A DNA stretch of 64,000 bases from Octopus vulgaris. Lineage: Eukaryota. Position 1 is the first letter of the stretch, and every line of letters starts with the position of its first letter. Where the stretch lies: positions 107,880,001 to 107,944,000 of the forward strand of contig OX597815.1 of NCBI GenBank assembly GCA_951406725.2, in the 5' to 3' direction. The position numbers and the translations under genes were made by a program. Below the pieces are notes generated by a model. It was given only the letters and a program-made list of their open reading frames with translations, ran no database searches and was not told where the DNA came from. Positions 14,578 through 27,208 of this stretch are shown one piece after another.

Positions 14578-15132
14578 ATTGAGTGAGAGAGCAGCATATG
14601 CCATCAAAGTGACACAGTATACGAAGCCCAGTATACCCATCATGACTACTCTTCTGATAAGGATACACCAGGTACATACATCACAACCATATGTGCACAA
14701 AATGGTGATCTCATATCGAGATAAACAGTGCATGACCTTGCAGATGGGGCCCAGTTAGAATTTTCCTCAGGCTGAGTAGCCTTTCCCACTCAAAATGTCC
14801 CTGAATAAGGTTTGTTTAAAGATGTTGAATGAAACACCCATGTTTCCAGAGGTGAATTATTCAAGCGACAAAGAATTCCTCTCGGCACATAGCTATGATG
14901 CTTCCCCACTACTTCTGCTCATGATCAGAGATACAGATATCATTAGCCACTAAGGGATATACTCAAGTGGTTAAGGTCAAACAACTGACAAGCAAATCTG
15001 TGGCATTGAGTAGAATATTTGCTGTAGCCCATCTTTTATACCAAGACAAAACAATGTACATGACAACACTTCCAATCAGTTAAGATCAGAAGCCATGAGA
15101 GCCAGCGCCTGGTACTGCATCAGGCCATTTGT
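14578..15132 (-). mobile_element. Non-coding interspersed element flanked by (TAA)/(TTA) repeats
   Basis: Higher-complexity ~550 bp block between two TAA tracts; minus strand starts GGCCTGATGCAGTACCAGGC. A Dong-mobilised non-autonomous element is inferred. Confidence 0.45.
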
Positions 15133-15138
15133 TGTTAT

Positions 15139-15286
<148 letters not shown>

Positions 15287-15289
15287 GTT

Positions 15290-15505
15290 AAGGTAGTGAG
15301 CTGGCAGAATCCTTAGCATACTGGGCGAAATGCTTAGAAGTATTTCATCTGCTGCTATGTTCTGAGTTCATATTCCGCCGAGGTCAACTCTGCCTTTCAT
15401 CCTTTCAGAGTTGATTAAATAAGTACCATTTACACACTGTGGGTGGGTGGGTGATGTAATTGGTTTAATCCCCTCCTCCAAGCTGCCCTTGTGGCAAAAT
15501 TTGAC
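15290..15505 (+). mobile_element. SINE family B (tRNA head, CORE-like domain)
   Basis: AAGGTAGTGAGCTGGCAGAA...GAGTTCATATTCC...GCCTTTCATCCTTTC; same family as 46135 and 47884. Confidence 0.8.
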
Positions 15506-17449
15506 ATCATCATTATTATTATTGTTGTTATTATTATTATTATTATTATTATCATTATTATTATTATTATTATTATTGTTATTATTATTATTGTTGTTGT
15601 TGTTATTGTTATGTCATGTCCTCTGATAAGTTTATTCTGGAAATATTTTCATATCCATATTACTTTTATTATTTCTGATAAAAGTTGTTCTTCTAACTTT
15701 GTGTAAACTCTAAGTATCAATATATATTTTCTTTTGTATTTTATTGAATATGTCAGGAAAATTGGCTGCGATTACTGTTTCTCTTTCCGAGGAAAATAAC
15801 AAGCATTCATAAATTCTTATCTCTGCCTCATTATGAAGTCTGTAGTCATGTTTTAATTATTTTCATCATGCTAGATATGTGTAATTCTTTGTTTGCTGGA
15901 ATTAGTATTCCAAACATCAAAGAGTTTAATGTATCCAGAATGTCTTTCATTTAATCTACATAATTATAAGCATGTCAAAGATCTCTATATGTGATTTTAC
16001 TGTCTGAATGTTGATCAGTATTTTTTTCAAAATTCTGTTAATAATATATATATGTAAATATCATTATTCCTTTGAACTTGTTTTTATTAAGCATTTACTA
16101 ACACTTATACCAGACATAAACATTTTCTTACTGCATATTACAATAACTGTTGTGTTTTGTAATGTCACTAGGGAAGGGCATATAACTCTGTTTGTTTTGG
16201 AGTGCCAGGCTGACGACAGGTTTCCTTTCTACTTATTTTTTATTCATTAAATAATTTATTATTTATTAATTTTATACCACTATTGATGAACAATAGCATA
16301 ATGGAGTACAAATTTCCAGTAAGCCAATCACTGGTTCATTGCTTTTCTGAGATCAAGAATGATAAAAGAGACACAATAACTCAATATAGAACAAATATTA
16401 TAGGGAACAGTTTAATTTTTTTCAGTATCCTTGCTGATGTTTATATCCTGTGTTGATGTATATTGGTTAAAGATAAATACACTCGTGCATTAATAGATTT
16501 CTGCCGTGTTATCACCTATCAAATTCAACTCACAAACCATTAGTCATTGGTCACAAATCATTAGTCAGCAAGAAGCTGACCAGTTAAAGATTATATTGCA
16601 CATCAATCAAAGCAAAATGCAATGCTATCTTGAGCCACATAGCTGCAGAGATAACTTCTTAACCCCCACTCCATGACTTCTTCAAAGCTGAATAGTTAGT
16701 AATAGCTTCTGATTTGATTCAAATTTCATTTGATTTAAGTTGTTTGCAGTATTTATCAAAAATTAAAATGTACAGATATCTCACCATCTTTAATAACAGA
16801 AGATTGGTTGTTTTAACCTGAGGTCAGCCTTAGATGAGTAAACCTATAACCAAAGTCATTCAAACCATAGCCATACTGTTTTTTCAGGCATTCTATATTT
16901 AAGACTACACTATCTAATATGTGCCTCGTTTTTGAATGTGTCAGGTGTAATCTAAGAGAAAATTTAGTTACTTTTTCTAGCAGGTCAGTTAAGTGACCAT
17001 GTATAGGTTTCCTTATTAAGTTGGAAGGAAAACACAAGAAGTATAGTGAGAAATAATGAAGGAAAGCTCTTCTTGTATAACAAAATATTGAATTGTTCTT
17101 CCTTTATTCAAGTCAAGTGTTATCTAATATGTCACTTGGGGAGCTATTCAGTGTGCTTTGATACATATTGATTTCCAGCATTGACACAAGATCACGTATT
17201 TGGAGTCGAGGGCTCTGCCAATTAAATCAACTACCATATTTGACTGGCACTAAGACAATGTCATCTTTGGAAGAATTTGAACTTAAAGTGTAACATACCA
17301 TAATTAAATACTCTAAGGCACTTTGTCCATCATCATTAATATATATATATCAAAGTCTATTATATCTTACACAGTAAACTCATAATATGCAATAACTCTG
17401 TCTTTAACTCTTGTTGTGCTGTATAATTATTTATTCATTTACTAACCAT

Positions 17450-17855
17450 GCACAGGAATGGCTGTGTGGTAAGTAGCTTGCTTACCAACCACATGGTTCT
17501 GGGTTCAGTCCCACTGTGTGGCATCTTGGGCAAGTGTCTTCTACTATAGCTTTGGGCTGACCAAAGCCTTGTGAGTGGATTTGGTAAATGGAAACTGAAA
17601 GAAGCACGTCGTATATATGTATGTATATATATATGTGCGTGTGTGTGTGTATGTTTGTGTGTCTGTGTTTGTTTCCCTAGCATTGCTTGACAACCGATGC
17701 TGGTGTGTTTATGTCCCCATCACTTAGTGGTTTGGCAAAAGAGACTGATAGAATAAGCACTAGGCTTATAAAGAATAAGTCTCGGAGTTGATTTGCTCAA
17801 CTAAAGGCAGTGCTCCAGCATGGCTGATGTTAAATGTCTGAAACAAGTAAAAAAA
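17450..17855 (+). mobile_element. SINE family A, full length
   Basis: TGGCTGTGTGGT (A box), GGGTTCAGTCCC (B box), internal TA/TG repeat, GAAACAAGTAAAA tail. Confidence 0.9.
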
Positions 17856-18738
17856 GAAAAATCATCTCACACCTGTGCTACCCGAACAAAAAAAAATAAT
17901 AAATAGTTGCATATGCACCCAAGAGTAATGATTGCAGGCAAACTTATGGACAGAATTGGCTGCATCCTATGTGTGTTGGTCATTACCAGTTTACTAGGAA
18001 TCCAGCAGAGATGATGCTTAACTTATTCCTACTACAGTGAGAATACAGCATGACAAGGTTAATTTTATAAATCGTAATTTTAAAAATTACCTGTGATCTT
18101 GATTAAATATGTAATTTATCAGGCATGGCTGTGTGGTAAGAAGCTTGCTTTACAAGTGCATGGTTCTGGATTCAATCCCACTGTGTGGCACCTTGGGTAA
18201 GAGTCTTATGCTATAGCCTTGGGCTAACTAAAGCCTTGTGAGTGGAGAGTGGATTTGATAGAGGAAAACTGAAAGAAACCTATCATATATATATATTCTT
18301 TTACTCATTTCAGCCATGCAGCTGCGGTCATGCTGGAGCACCACCATGGTCTTTCTGATTTCCTCGGTCTGAAGTGTTTCACACCACCACTCTTGTATGT
18401 GTCTTTGTCCCAGCTGTTGACCCATTTGGTGTATAAGGGAGTGTGATTCCACTGCCCTTGTCTGCACCTCATGTCAGGCTGTTGATTCATCCAGTATTGT
18501 GGAGAGAAAGAAGTCTAGTTCCTTTTTGAAGACATCTGCTTCCACCTTTTGCAGATTTCTTAATTTTTCTGGCAGTGCATTGAAGAGCTGTGGGCCTTTG
18601 AACCCTAAACTATTGCAGTACCTGGTTCTGAATTTAGATGGAGTGGATGGTAGCCAGTTCTGGCAGTTGTATAACACTCAATGCCGAAATTAGGTACTAG
18701 CCCTTCTAGAGATTTCCATATGTAGGAGAGATTTCCAT

Positions 18739-18902
18739 AGGCGTAGGAGTGGCTGTGTGGTAAGTAGCTTGTTTATCAACCACATGGTTCTGGGTTCAGT
18801 CCCACTGCGTGGCACCTTGGGCAAGTGTCTTCAACTATAGCCTTGGGCCGACCAAAGCCTTGTGAGTGGATTTGGTAGACGGAAACTGAAAGAAGCCCGT
18901 CG

Positions 18903-18935
<33 letters not shown>

Positions 18936-19150
18936 GCGTATGTGTGTTTGTACTCCTAGCATTGCTTGACAACCGATGCTGGTGTGTTTATGTCCCCGTT
19001 ACTTAGCGGTTTGGCAAAAGGGACTGATAGAATAAGTACTGGGCTTACAAAAGAATAAGTCCCAGGGTTGAGTTGCTCGATTTAAGGCGGTGCTCCAGCA
19101 TGGCCGCAGTCAAATGACTGAAACCAGTAAAAGAGTAAAAGAGTAAAGAG
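18739..19150 (+). mobile_element. SINE family A, young full-length copy inside the LINE
   Basis: Intact A/B boxes, CpGs retained, (AGTAAAAG)n tail, TATGTAG repeated on both sides. Confidence 0.9.
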
Positions 19151-19809
19151 TATGTAGATATTGCATGTCTCTCATGCTTTCACTCAAGGGGGTATAGTTG
19201 CAGTTTTCTCAGACTATCCCTGTAGCTTATCTGCTGTACTGTTTTTTCGTGTAGTGGTTTTTTCGTGTAGTGGTGTTGAACTGCCTCAAGCTCCGCTGTT
19301 AGTTTGGCATTATGTGGTGACCACAACTGGGAGCAGTTGTCCAGGCAGCTGAGAACAAAGGTTCTCCTCAGGGTCAACATAGCTTCTTGGTCTCATGTCT
19401 TGAATGACCTCAGTATCCATCCTGCCAGTTGTCTGCACTTTGCTGCCATCTTGGTAAGGTGCATATAAAATGATGCATCATTGCACATATTGGTTCCCAA
19501 GTCTTGCACTGCCTGTGACTCTGGGATTGTAGTGCTTTTGGGTCCTGTATATGCAGGCTGTAGTGCATTCGTGAGTTGATAGTGCAGTGCTTAAAATTTT
19601 CCAGTATTAAGCTGTATGTTGTTTATTTCAGCCCACTTGTATATTGAATTCATGTTCTGCTGTAAGCTTGTGACATCATCTTGTTTTTTTTCCTTCCCCT
19701 TGATAATTTTGTATCATCAACATAGCTAGTAACATTTATTAACCAGGCGCAGGAGTGATTTGTGTTTCTTCAGAAAGGGTACCATTGGCTGCAACTACCT
19801 GAATTCTGT

Positions 19810-20083
19810 TCTATATTTTAGAGATGAGGAATTATGTACATTATTTACATTCGACGGATATTTGTCCTCATCTTGTTTGTTGTTAACACAACGTTTTGGC
19901 TGATATACCCTCCAGCCTTTTTCAGGTGTCTTGGGGAATTACCTTAGGAATGAGAACCCAGGTTCGAAATTTCCCCGAGACACATGAAAAAGGCTGGAGG
20001 GTATATCAGCCAAAACGTTGTGTTAACTACAAACAAGATGAGGACAAATATCTGTCAAATGTAAATAATGTAAATAATGTACT
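19810..20083. mobile_element. Palindromic HHR element with 10-bp TSD
   Basis: Arms ~19836-19938 and 19971-20072 are inverted. TGAATTCTGT is duplicated at 19800-19809 and 20084-20093. HHR-shaped motifs at 19886-19929 (-) and 19980-20023 (+) have degenerate cores. Confidence 0.85.
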
Positions 20084-20181
20084 TGAATTCTGTCTTTAAG
20101 GAAGTCATGCAGCCACTCTCCTAGTTTACCAGCAATGTCAAAGTCTTGTAGCTTTTGACATATCATGCCATGATCTACTAT

Positions 20182-20216
<35 letters not shown>

Positions 20217-21859
20217 GCATGACTATATGTATATACACATATATATGTATACGTGTGTTTGGGTTTGCCCCTCATTACTGCTTGACAGCTAGTGTTAGTT
20301 TGTTTACATCCCCATGACTTACTGATTCGGCAAAAGAGACCAATAAAGTAAATACCAGGCTTTAAAAAAGATGTCATGAGGTTGATTTGTTTGACTAAAC
20401 CCCTTCAAGGCAGTGCCCCATCATGGCCACAGTCCAATGACTGAAACAAGTATAAGAATATAGTCAATGCACCATAATTGCCTTTAGCCATAATGATTAA
20501 AAGAACCTGAAGAAAGAGCTTTAGAGCTGGTGATTGATTTTCCAGTGATCTTCACAATAAACATCCAGTAGATCAAACAAATGAAGTTTGTGTCATGAAA
20601 TAAGTGTGTAAGTGGTTCAGCATTCCTATGTGTCCACAATGCAAACCTCAGGCTGAATCAATATGACAAAATAAGACAAGATCGGAACTTTGAATTATGT
20701 GATACAATCCAGAGATATCGAGAATAAGAGAGAGAGAAAGGAGGTGGCGAGATGGTGGGGGTGAATTGACCCCAGTATTCTATTTACTGACTTTCAAAGG
20801 GGGAAAAAATACCAAATTGACTTTAGTGGGATTTGAACTCAGAGCATAGAGAATCAAAACATATCAAAAGACATTCTTTTTGTCACTCTAACAATTCTGA
20901 CAAGTCAATGTCTAAAGAACTAATGTGTTTTCCACTGCATCACTATCCAGCATATAGAAAGTTGACGATCAGAATTATATTTTAAGTTATTTTGATAAGA
21001 ATAACTTTAGTCTCTACCAGGCTTAATGCCATTTTTAGTTTATTATTTCACATATTGTTTGTTATGGAAATTGTCTCTCATAGTGGACTGTGATATTTCT
21101 TTGTATCATTCTCTATGGAAGTCTACTATTGCTAGGTTTATTATTATCATAGTTATTATAATTAACTTTAAACCATAAATATTTGCTAACCTATTCTGGT
21201 CTTGCAGCTACTCTGATAAGGTATTTCTCAGAATGATTTATCACCTGACATAGTTTATCTCTTCTTTAGGTTGATTAAAGACTGAGACAGCTATGGTACA
21301 GACTTTCCCTGCTAGTTTAGTATTGACTATAGTGTACCCACAATTTATAATTAGTAGCTATGTATACTGAGACAGTAACTATTTTAGCTCAACTACAAAA
21401 GTTTTTCCTTTGTAACAAATATTCTTCTTTCCATAGATTAATGTTTAGTGGAGTAGAATGGAAACTAAATATAATAGTTAAGTTCTAGATAACCGAATCA
21501 GTGCCTGAGACTTATCAAAGTGAATGATGAGGGGATAGGGAGTGCGGGAATCTTGAAGAAACATTTGATAACTGCAATTTCATGTCAAACACCAGTGTCA
21601 TTATTGTCATGGCGGTGGTGGTGGTGCTGTTGCTGATGACGGTCATTGTTGTTGTTGTTGTTGGCGGTGGTGGTAGCAGTGTCGTCATTATTGTTATCAT
21701 GATCATCATGATCATCATCATCATCATTTTACATCTGTTATTTACAATCCTGAAATACACTGAATAGGTCTTGCATCTTGCAGTTTTACATCATCTAGCA
21801 GATGATGATGTTAACTAACATTAGTAATAGGATTTCTAACCTCCTTTTCTTTAAGGGAA

Positions 21860-22520
21860 TTCTCAATAAAGCATCCCCCTATTATAATATCCTGGGTCAA
21901 CAGTGGCATTAAAGAGAAGGTAGCATACACTCTGACCCAAACAAGTATCAAGCCTAAAAATAAACCTAAATAAGTTATATGGTATGCTCTATACTCCACC
22001 TTGAATGTTAGGACAAATGTTAGTGAAAAATTTCTAGCATTTCCCCAATAGCCACTGATAGAAGAAAATCTTCAATTGACATTCTGAGAAAGTTTCATAT
22101 GGATAAAGCCATAATATGAAAACCGTTTCATGTAAACCAACCAAAATGTTTACTCCAGACTGCAACATTAGGAAACAAGATACATGCCAACTAGACTAGG
22201 CATGCATAATTGCTCAGTCATCTACGAATCTGAGGTTAACTCTGTTCCATCAAATAAAGGAACAAAAAGTAGAATATATTGGACTGTACAAAAATTGATA
22301 CATCAACCTAAAGTCTTCTATTAAATATATAGACAAAAGAAAAACACAAAGCCACCACACCATATCTGGAACCTGAAGGAAAGCAATATACCACACACCA
22401 TTAAGAGGCACATCACAGTGAGATTTACGCTGTACATCAATGGATTAAAAAGTGCATGTTCTGTATGGCAGAAAGTACGCACATCCTTATTTGATCAAAG
22501 GACTTCACCGGTCTTCTAAA
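21860..22520 (+). pseudogene. Penelope-like (Neptune-type) element relic: linker plus GIY-YIG endonuclease
   Basis: Frame-broken translation VIWYALYSTLNVRTNVSEKFL..KIFN..KVSY..DCNIRKQDTCQL..VIYESEV..YIGL..HIWNLKESNIPHTIKRHI..KCMFCMAE follows the Neptune C-terminal pattern. Confidence 0.7.
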
Positions 22521-23427
22521 TTTGAGGTTAGAGATCTTTACAAGATGTATACATCTGTTATCAGGCTGCAAGAAGTTTCTCTTCACCAGATCAGTCTCAG
22601 TTTAATGTACTTTAGCCTCTCCTCCAGTTAACTATCCGCAATAGACAGTTATTTTTTAGATGACAACACCTAGGTAGAACACATTAAATACTCAACATTA
22701 ACAATATTTTTCATTTAAGAAGTTACAAGGTCAGAATCTTGATTCCAGGGGAATAATTACTGCCCCTTTTAATGTTTTTCTCAGTTTTTTCACTCATATT
22801 TTTGCCAAATTTTTATCTTATATTTCCTTATATATACATATACATATATATATATATATATATATATGCACATTATGTAATGTGAATGTATGACACTTAG
22901 TGGCTGAAAATATATAATGCGTTTTTGGATTGGTAAAAAATAAGCATATCGTAAAGTTTGATCAGATCAAGAAATAACAAGGTCAAATATGAAAACAAGT
23001 GGACCAAACTAATGAGATGACACATAATTGAAATACAGGGTAAGATAGTGTATTGCATATCATGGCTCACCTATGCTACCACAGAAGATGGTTATGATCA
23101 AAGTAATGAGTTGATAATTATGATGATAATGACGACAATAGCGATGATGATGATGATGTCAAGGATGAGAAGGAAGAAGGGGAAGAGGATGACAATAGTA
23201 AATATCAACATGAAGTGGATAGACTATCTATCTGTCTTTATGTGCATATGTATGCATGCATGTAAATATCCATGTATATTTATATATATATCAAGCCTAA
23301 TCATGTTTATCTGCATCATTTTCTCTCTCTCTTCCTGTATATGTATGTGTGAGTGTATGTGTATATATATATATATATATGTATGTATATCTATATATGT
23401 ATATATGTATATATAAATATATGTATG

Positions 23428-23528
<101 letters not shown>

Positions 23529-24134
23529 ATATATATATATATATGTGTGTATATATGTATGTATATATATATCCTTTTCCTTTAATTGAGTATCATTTCA
23601 CTCAACATTACTTCAATTGAAGTTATATTCTTTAGGAATATAACTTTAATAAAGGAATATATTCCAAATGTAAGTGAACCCTTGTTGTAAGGAATACCGA
23701 ATATCAATCACAGCAGAATGAATTGAAAGGCTGGCATAGAGCAAATTATTTACTTTAATATATTTTATTCCTTGCAGTTGAATACAGTCTGAAATTGATA
23801 CAGCCTATATATGTTCTAATTATATTACCAAGTTCAATAAGATAAAAGCCCACAACTACATAAACAGGACTTGGAATAGCAAATACACAATCTGAAATAT
23901 TATGTTCTATTCCCAGGCACATGTATGGTGGTATGGTGAAGAAGTTTGCTTGGCAATCACGTAGCTCCAGGTAATATTCCATTGTCTGATACCTTTAGCA
24001 AGTCTAACCACAGCCTTCAGCATTGATATGACCAATGGTTTTGAGTGGAGTTTAGTGGGAAGAAGCTGTGCTGAAGCGCATAGTGTGTGTCTGCATGTGT
24101 GTACCAATATATTTTGGTGCCCGCTTTCCATGTA

Positions 24135-24350
24135 TCATCATCATCTTCGTTTAAAGTCCGTTTTCCATGCTGGCATGGGTTGGACGTTTTGACTGGGGTC
24201 TGGGAAGCAGGAGGCTGCACCAGGCCCCAATCTAATCTGGCAGTGTTTCTGCAGCTGGATGCCCTTCCTAATGCCAACCACTCCGAGAGTGTAGTGGATG
24301 CTTTTTATGTGCCACCAGCACAGGGACCAGGGGAGCTGGCATTGGCCATG
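24135..24350 (-). mobile_element. SINE family C
   Basis: CATCATC...TTTAAAGTCCGTTTTCCATGCTGGCATGGGTTGGACG...GGATGCCCTTCCTAATGCCAACC. Confidence 0.85.
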
Positions 24351-24393
<43 letters not shown>

Positions 24394-24482
24394 GCATGTG
24401 TGTGTGTGTATGTGTGTGTGTATATATGTATGTATATGTATATATATGTATATATGTGTATATATATATATACATATATAAA

Positions 24483-25053
24483 TAATAGAAATATTAAAAT
24501 AACTAAGTCTCTCTAAAAGAGAACAGCGGCAGCGTTCTCGGAAAATAATAGTTATCGCCATACTAATATGGCATTCTTATAAAAATAAGAAAAAAGCTGT
24601 CCGCTTATTAGCTCCATGAGGCTATCGCCTTAAGTTAGCTATTTGATACACAAACTGTATCCATATAAGCTTCGAACAAGGGAGGTCAGTCGCTCCACAC
24701 TACTTGACCGGCAGCTACAGACGCGTTTCGGGGTATTGCCCCTTTTCAATGCAGCGTAGCCAGCCAGTAGGTGTCGCTTCCGACAATCTCTGTTCGATGG
24801 TTTTATTTACCTAGTTTCGGTGGAATACATCCACTTGTTTTCAGTAATAGAAATATTAAAATAACTAAGTCTCTCTAAAAGAGAACAGCGGCAGCGTTCC
24901 CGGAAAATAATAGTTATCGCCATACTAATATGGCATTCTTATAAAAATAAGAAAAAAGCTGTCCGCTTATTAGATCATGGAGCTAATAAGCGGACAGCTT
25001 TTTTCTTATTTTTATAAGAATGCCATATTAGTATGGCGATAACTATTATTTTC
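24483..25053 (-). mobile_element. Partial-tandem HHR element (362-bp unit) with inverted terminal cap
   Basis: 24483-24611 equals 24845-24973 (1 mismatch seen). 24975-25053 is the reverse complement of 24541-24619. Flanked by (TA)n. Confidence 0.9.
24714..24755 (-). ncRNA. Minimal type I hammerhead ribozyme, U3-A8 covariant core
   Basis: Minus strand GCTGCA|TTGAAAA|GGGG caata CCCC|GAAA|CGCG|TC|TGTAGC: 6-bp stem I, 4-bp stem II, palindromic stem III, GUC site. Confidence 0.8.
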
Positions 25054-25084
25054 ATATATAAATATATATATATATATGTATAGA

Positions 25085-25138
<54 letters not shown>

Positions 25139-25184
25139 TAAATGAAAGAATGAAGTCGAACGACGATTTAACAAAATTCCTTTA

Positions 25185-25266
25185 TTCTTGACACATGTTT
25201 CGAAGACTGCATATTCTCAATTCCGAAGGAATAAAGGGTGCATTATACCGTCTTCTCATCAAGAAA
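25185..25266 (-). ncRNA. Type I hammerhead ribozyme (mirror copy)
   Basis: Reverse complement of 25417-25498; the first stem I pair is broken by a G>A change. Confidence 0.6.
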
Positions 25267-25416
25267 GACAAGGAACTTATGTCAGCATCATGACGAACAA
25301 AAACTTTTAGATGACTGCCCACACAGAGTCCATGGTAATAATTATTACTATGGACTCCGTGTGGGCAGTCATCTAAAAGTTTTTGTTCGTCATGATGCTG
25401 ACATAAGTTCCTTGTC

Positions 25417-25498
25417 TTTCTTGATGAGAAGACGGTATAATGCACCCTTTATTCCTTCGGAATTGAGAATATGCAGTCTTCGAAACATGTGTCGAGAA
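25417..25498 (+). ncRNA. Type I hammerhead ribozyme, U3.G8 core, extended loop II
   Basis: TTTC|TTGATGA|GAAGAC...GTCTTC|GAAA|CATGTG|TC|GAGA; GUC at 25491-25493; AATAAA at 25497. Confidence 0.75.
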
Positions 25499-25717
25499 TA
25501 AAGGAATTTTGTTAAATCGTCGTTCGACCCCATTCTTTCATTTATCAATAGTAAAAAAACACAGAAATTTCCACACGAAAGCACGTGATTTCTGCCCTTG
25601 GCATGTAGCTTCAACAGTGCTTTCTGATGTAAATTTGCTACCCAGGTATCGGTTAACTGAATTATCCATACTAGGATAATTCATTCAACTACTTAAACAC
25701 ACATATATATATATATC

Positions 25718-26097
25718 GGTCAACATCAATGGAAATTGTAGCTGTGATACCAGTGCCGGTGGCACATAAGAGATCTGTCCGAACATGGCTGTTGCTAGCG
25801 CTGCCCCGACTGGCCTCCGTGCCGGTGGCATGTAAAAAGCATCATCCGATTGTGGTCATTGCCAGCCTCATCTGGCCCCCGTGCCAGTGGCACGTAAAAA
25901 GCACTATCTGATCATGGCTGTTTGCCAGCCTCGTCTGGCACCTGTGCAGGTGGCACGTAAAAAGCACCCACAACACTCACAGAGTGGTTGGCGTTAGGAA
26001 AGGCATCCAGCTGTAGAAACACTGCCAGATCAGACTGGGCCTGGCTCCCCAGACCCCAGTTGAACCGTCCAACCCATGCCAGCATGGAAAACGGACG
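25718..26097 (+). mobile_element. SINE family C (long form with internal GTGCCGGTGGCACGTAAAAAGCA repeats)
   Basis: Three to four internal sub-repeats, then GGTTGGCGTTAGGAAAGGCATCCAGCTGTAGAAAC...GGAAAACGGACGT. Confidence 0.85.
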
Positions 26098-26139
26098 TAT
26101 GTATGTATATACATATATATATATATATATATATGTATG

Positions 26140-26223
<84 letters not shown>

Positions 26224-26380
26224 TACATATATGAGCAAATATTCGAATTCTTACATTCAAAATAAGATATTACTATTTGCTCATAAATATATTTGCACAT
26301 GTGGACTGGTTTTGGCACAAAATAAACCAGAACGCTGATGGACTTATTGTGTAGTGGATTTAGAATTTTATATACAGTAA

Positions 26381-26431
26381 CTCATACTGAAGAAGGTTGA
26401 GGCCCATTGGGCCAGAACCTGAAACCATGAG
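26381..26431 (+). ncRNA. Defective hammerhead motif (stem III deleted)
   Basis: CTCATA|CTGAAGA|AGGTT ga GGCCCA t TGGGCC ag AACCT|GAAA|CC|ATGAG. Confidence 0.5.
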
Positions 26432-26559
26432 CATTTGAATGGCATAATCTTTAATGGTATGCTTTTTAATTTCTTAATTCTTTGTCTGTTTCCTTGCATA
26501 TATTATATAATACAGTTGGAATCGAAATATAAAACCTAGCTGCTAACTCACACTTACTT

Positions 26560-26975
26560 CAAGATGTATCCGCTTCCATTAGTTTCCAGCCCATCATTAT
26601 CCACCTTGGTCTCAGGTCTACCACAAAGCTGATTTTCAAGAGTAAAATCACCAGACCGGAACTTCTCAAACCATAGATGCACAGTGCGTTCATTTGCCAC
26701 ATCTTCACCAAACACCTCATTGATGCTTTGAGCTACCTGTGATGCATTGGTTCCATGACAGAACTCTTTTTCATAAACAACACGAATTTTTAATCTATTG
26801 ATGGGTTAACAAAAATTGATTTACAAGAGAAAATTCACAATATAATCAAACACCATGAATTGCATTTCTAAAAGTGATAATGTAAATCTTCTATGTTGTA
26901 AAACAAAGAATTGTCAGGATAAAACATTAAAGTTAACGACTGTCAAACACTTGGTGCAAATAGATACATATTGTA
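26560..26975 (-). pseudogene. mariner transposase N-terminal fragment
   Basis: KIRVVYEKEFCHGTNASQVAQSINEVFGEDVANERTVHLWFEKFRSGDFTLENQLCGRP. Confidence 0.8.
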
Positions 26976-27208
26976 CCTTGACATTTTAACACACACACAC
27001 ACACATATATATATATACAGACAATTGGGAAGAACTAGATATGCTCAGTATAGAAAACATGTAGTAGTGCTCAAATTAATTTAAACTTTGAAGAAGGTTC
27101 ACAGCATCAGAATGGCTAAAAGAGAAAGCCAAGGCAGGCTGATACATGTTTCTCTTTCACAGAGTTATGTGTGGGTGTGAGAGTGTGTGTGTATGTATAT
27201 ATATATAT

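Larger units (their letters stand above)
18350..20185 (-). pseudogene. CR1/L2-group LINE reverse transcriptase 3' fragment, interrupted twice
   Basis: IVDHGMICQKL...GKLGEWLHDFLKDRIQV, SYVDDTK, LDNCSQLWSPH...LEAVQ, GPQLFNALPEKLRN...FKKELDFFL. Interrupted by a SINE at 18739-19150 and the palindromic element at 19810-20083. Confidence 0.85.
25137..25546. repeat. 410-bp spacerless palindrome carrying two opposed HHRs
   Basis: Centre at 25341/25342; 205-bp arms with ~5 mismatches, all transitions. The right arm continues as unique sequence to ~25700. Flanked by (TA)n. Confidence 0.95.

Noticed and set aside
25182-25501. Two near-identical 87-aa ORFs on opposite strands
   Set aside because: Artefact of the 410-bp palindrome; no recognisable protein motif.
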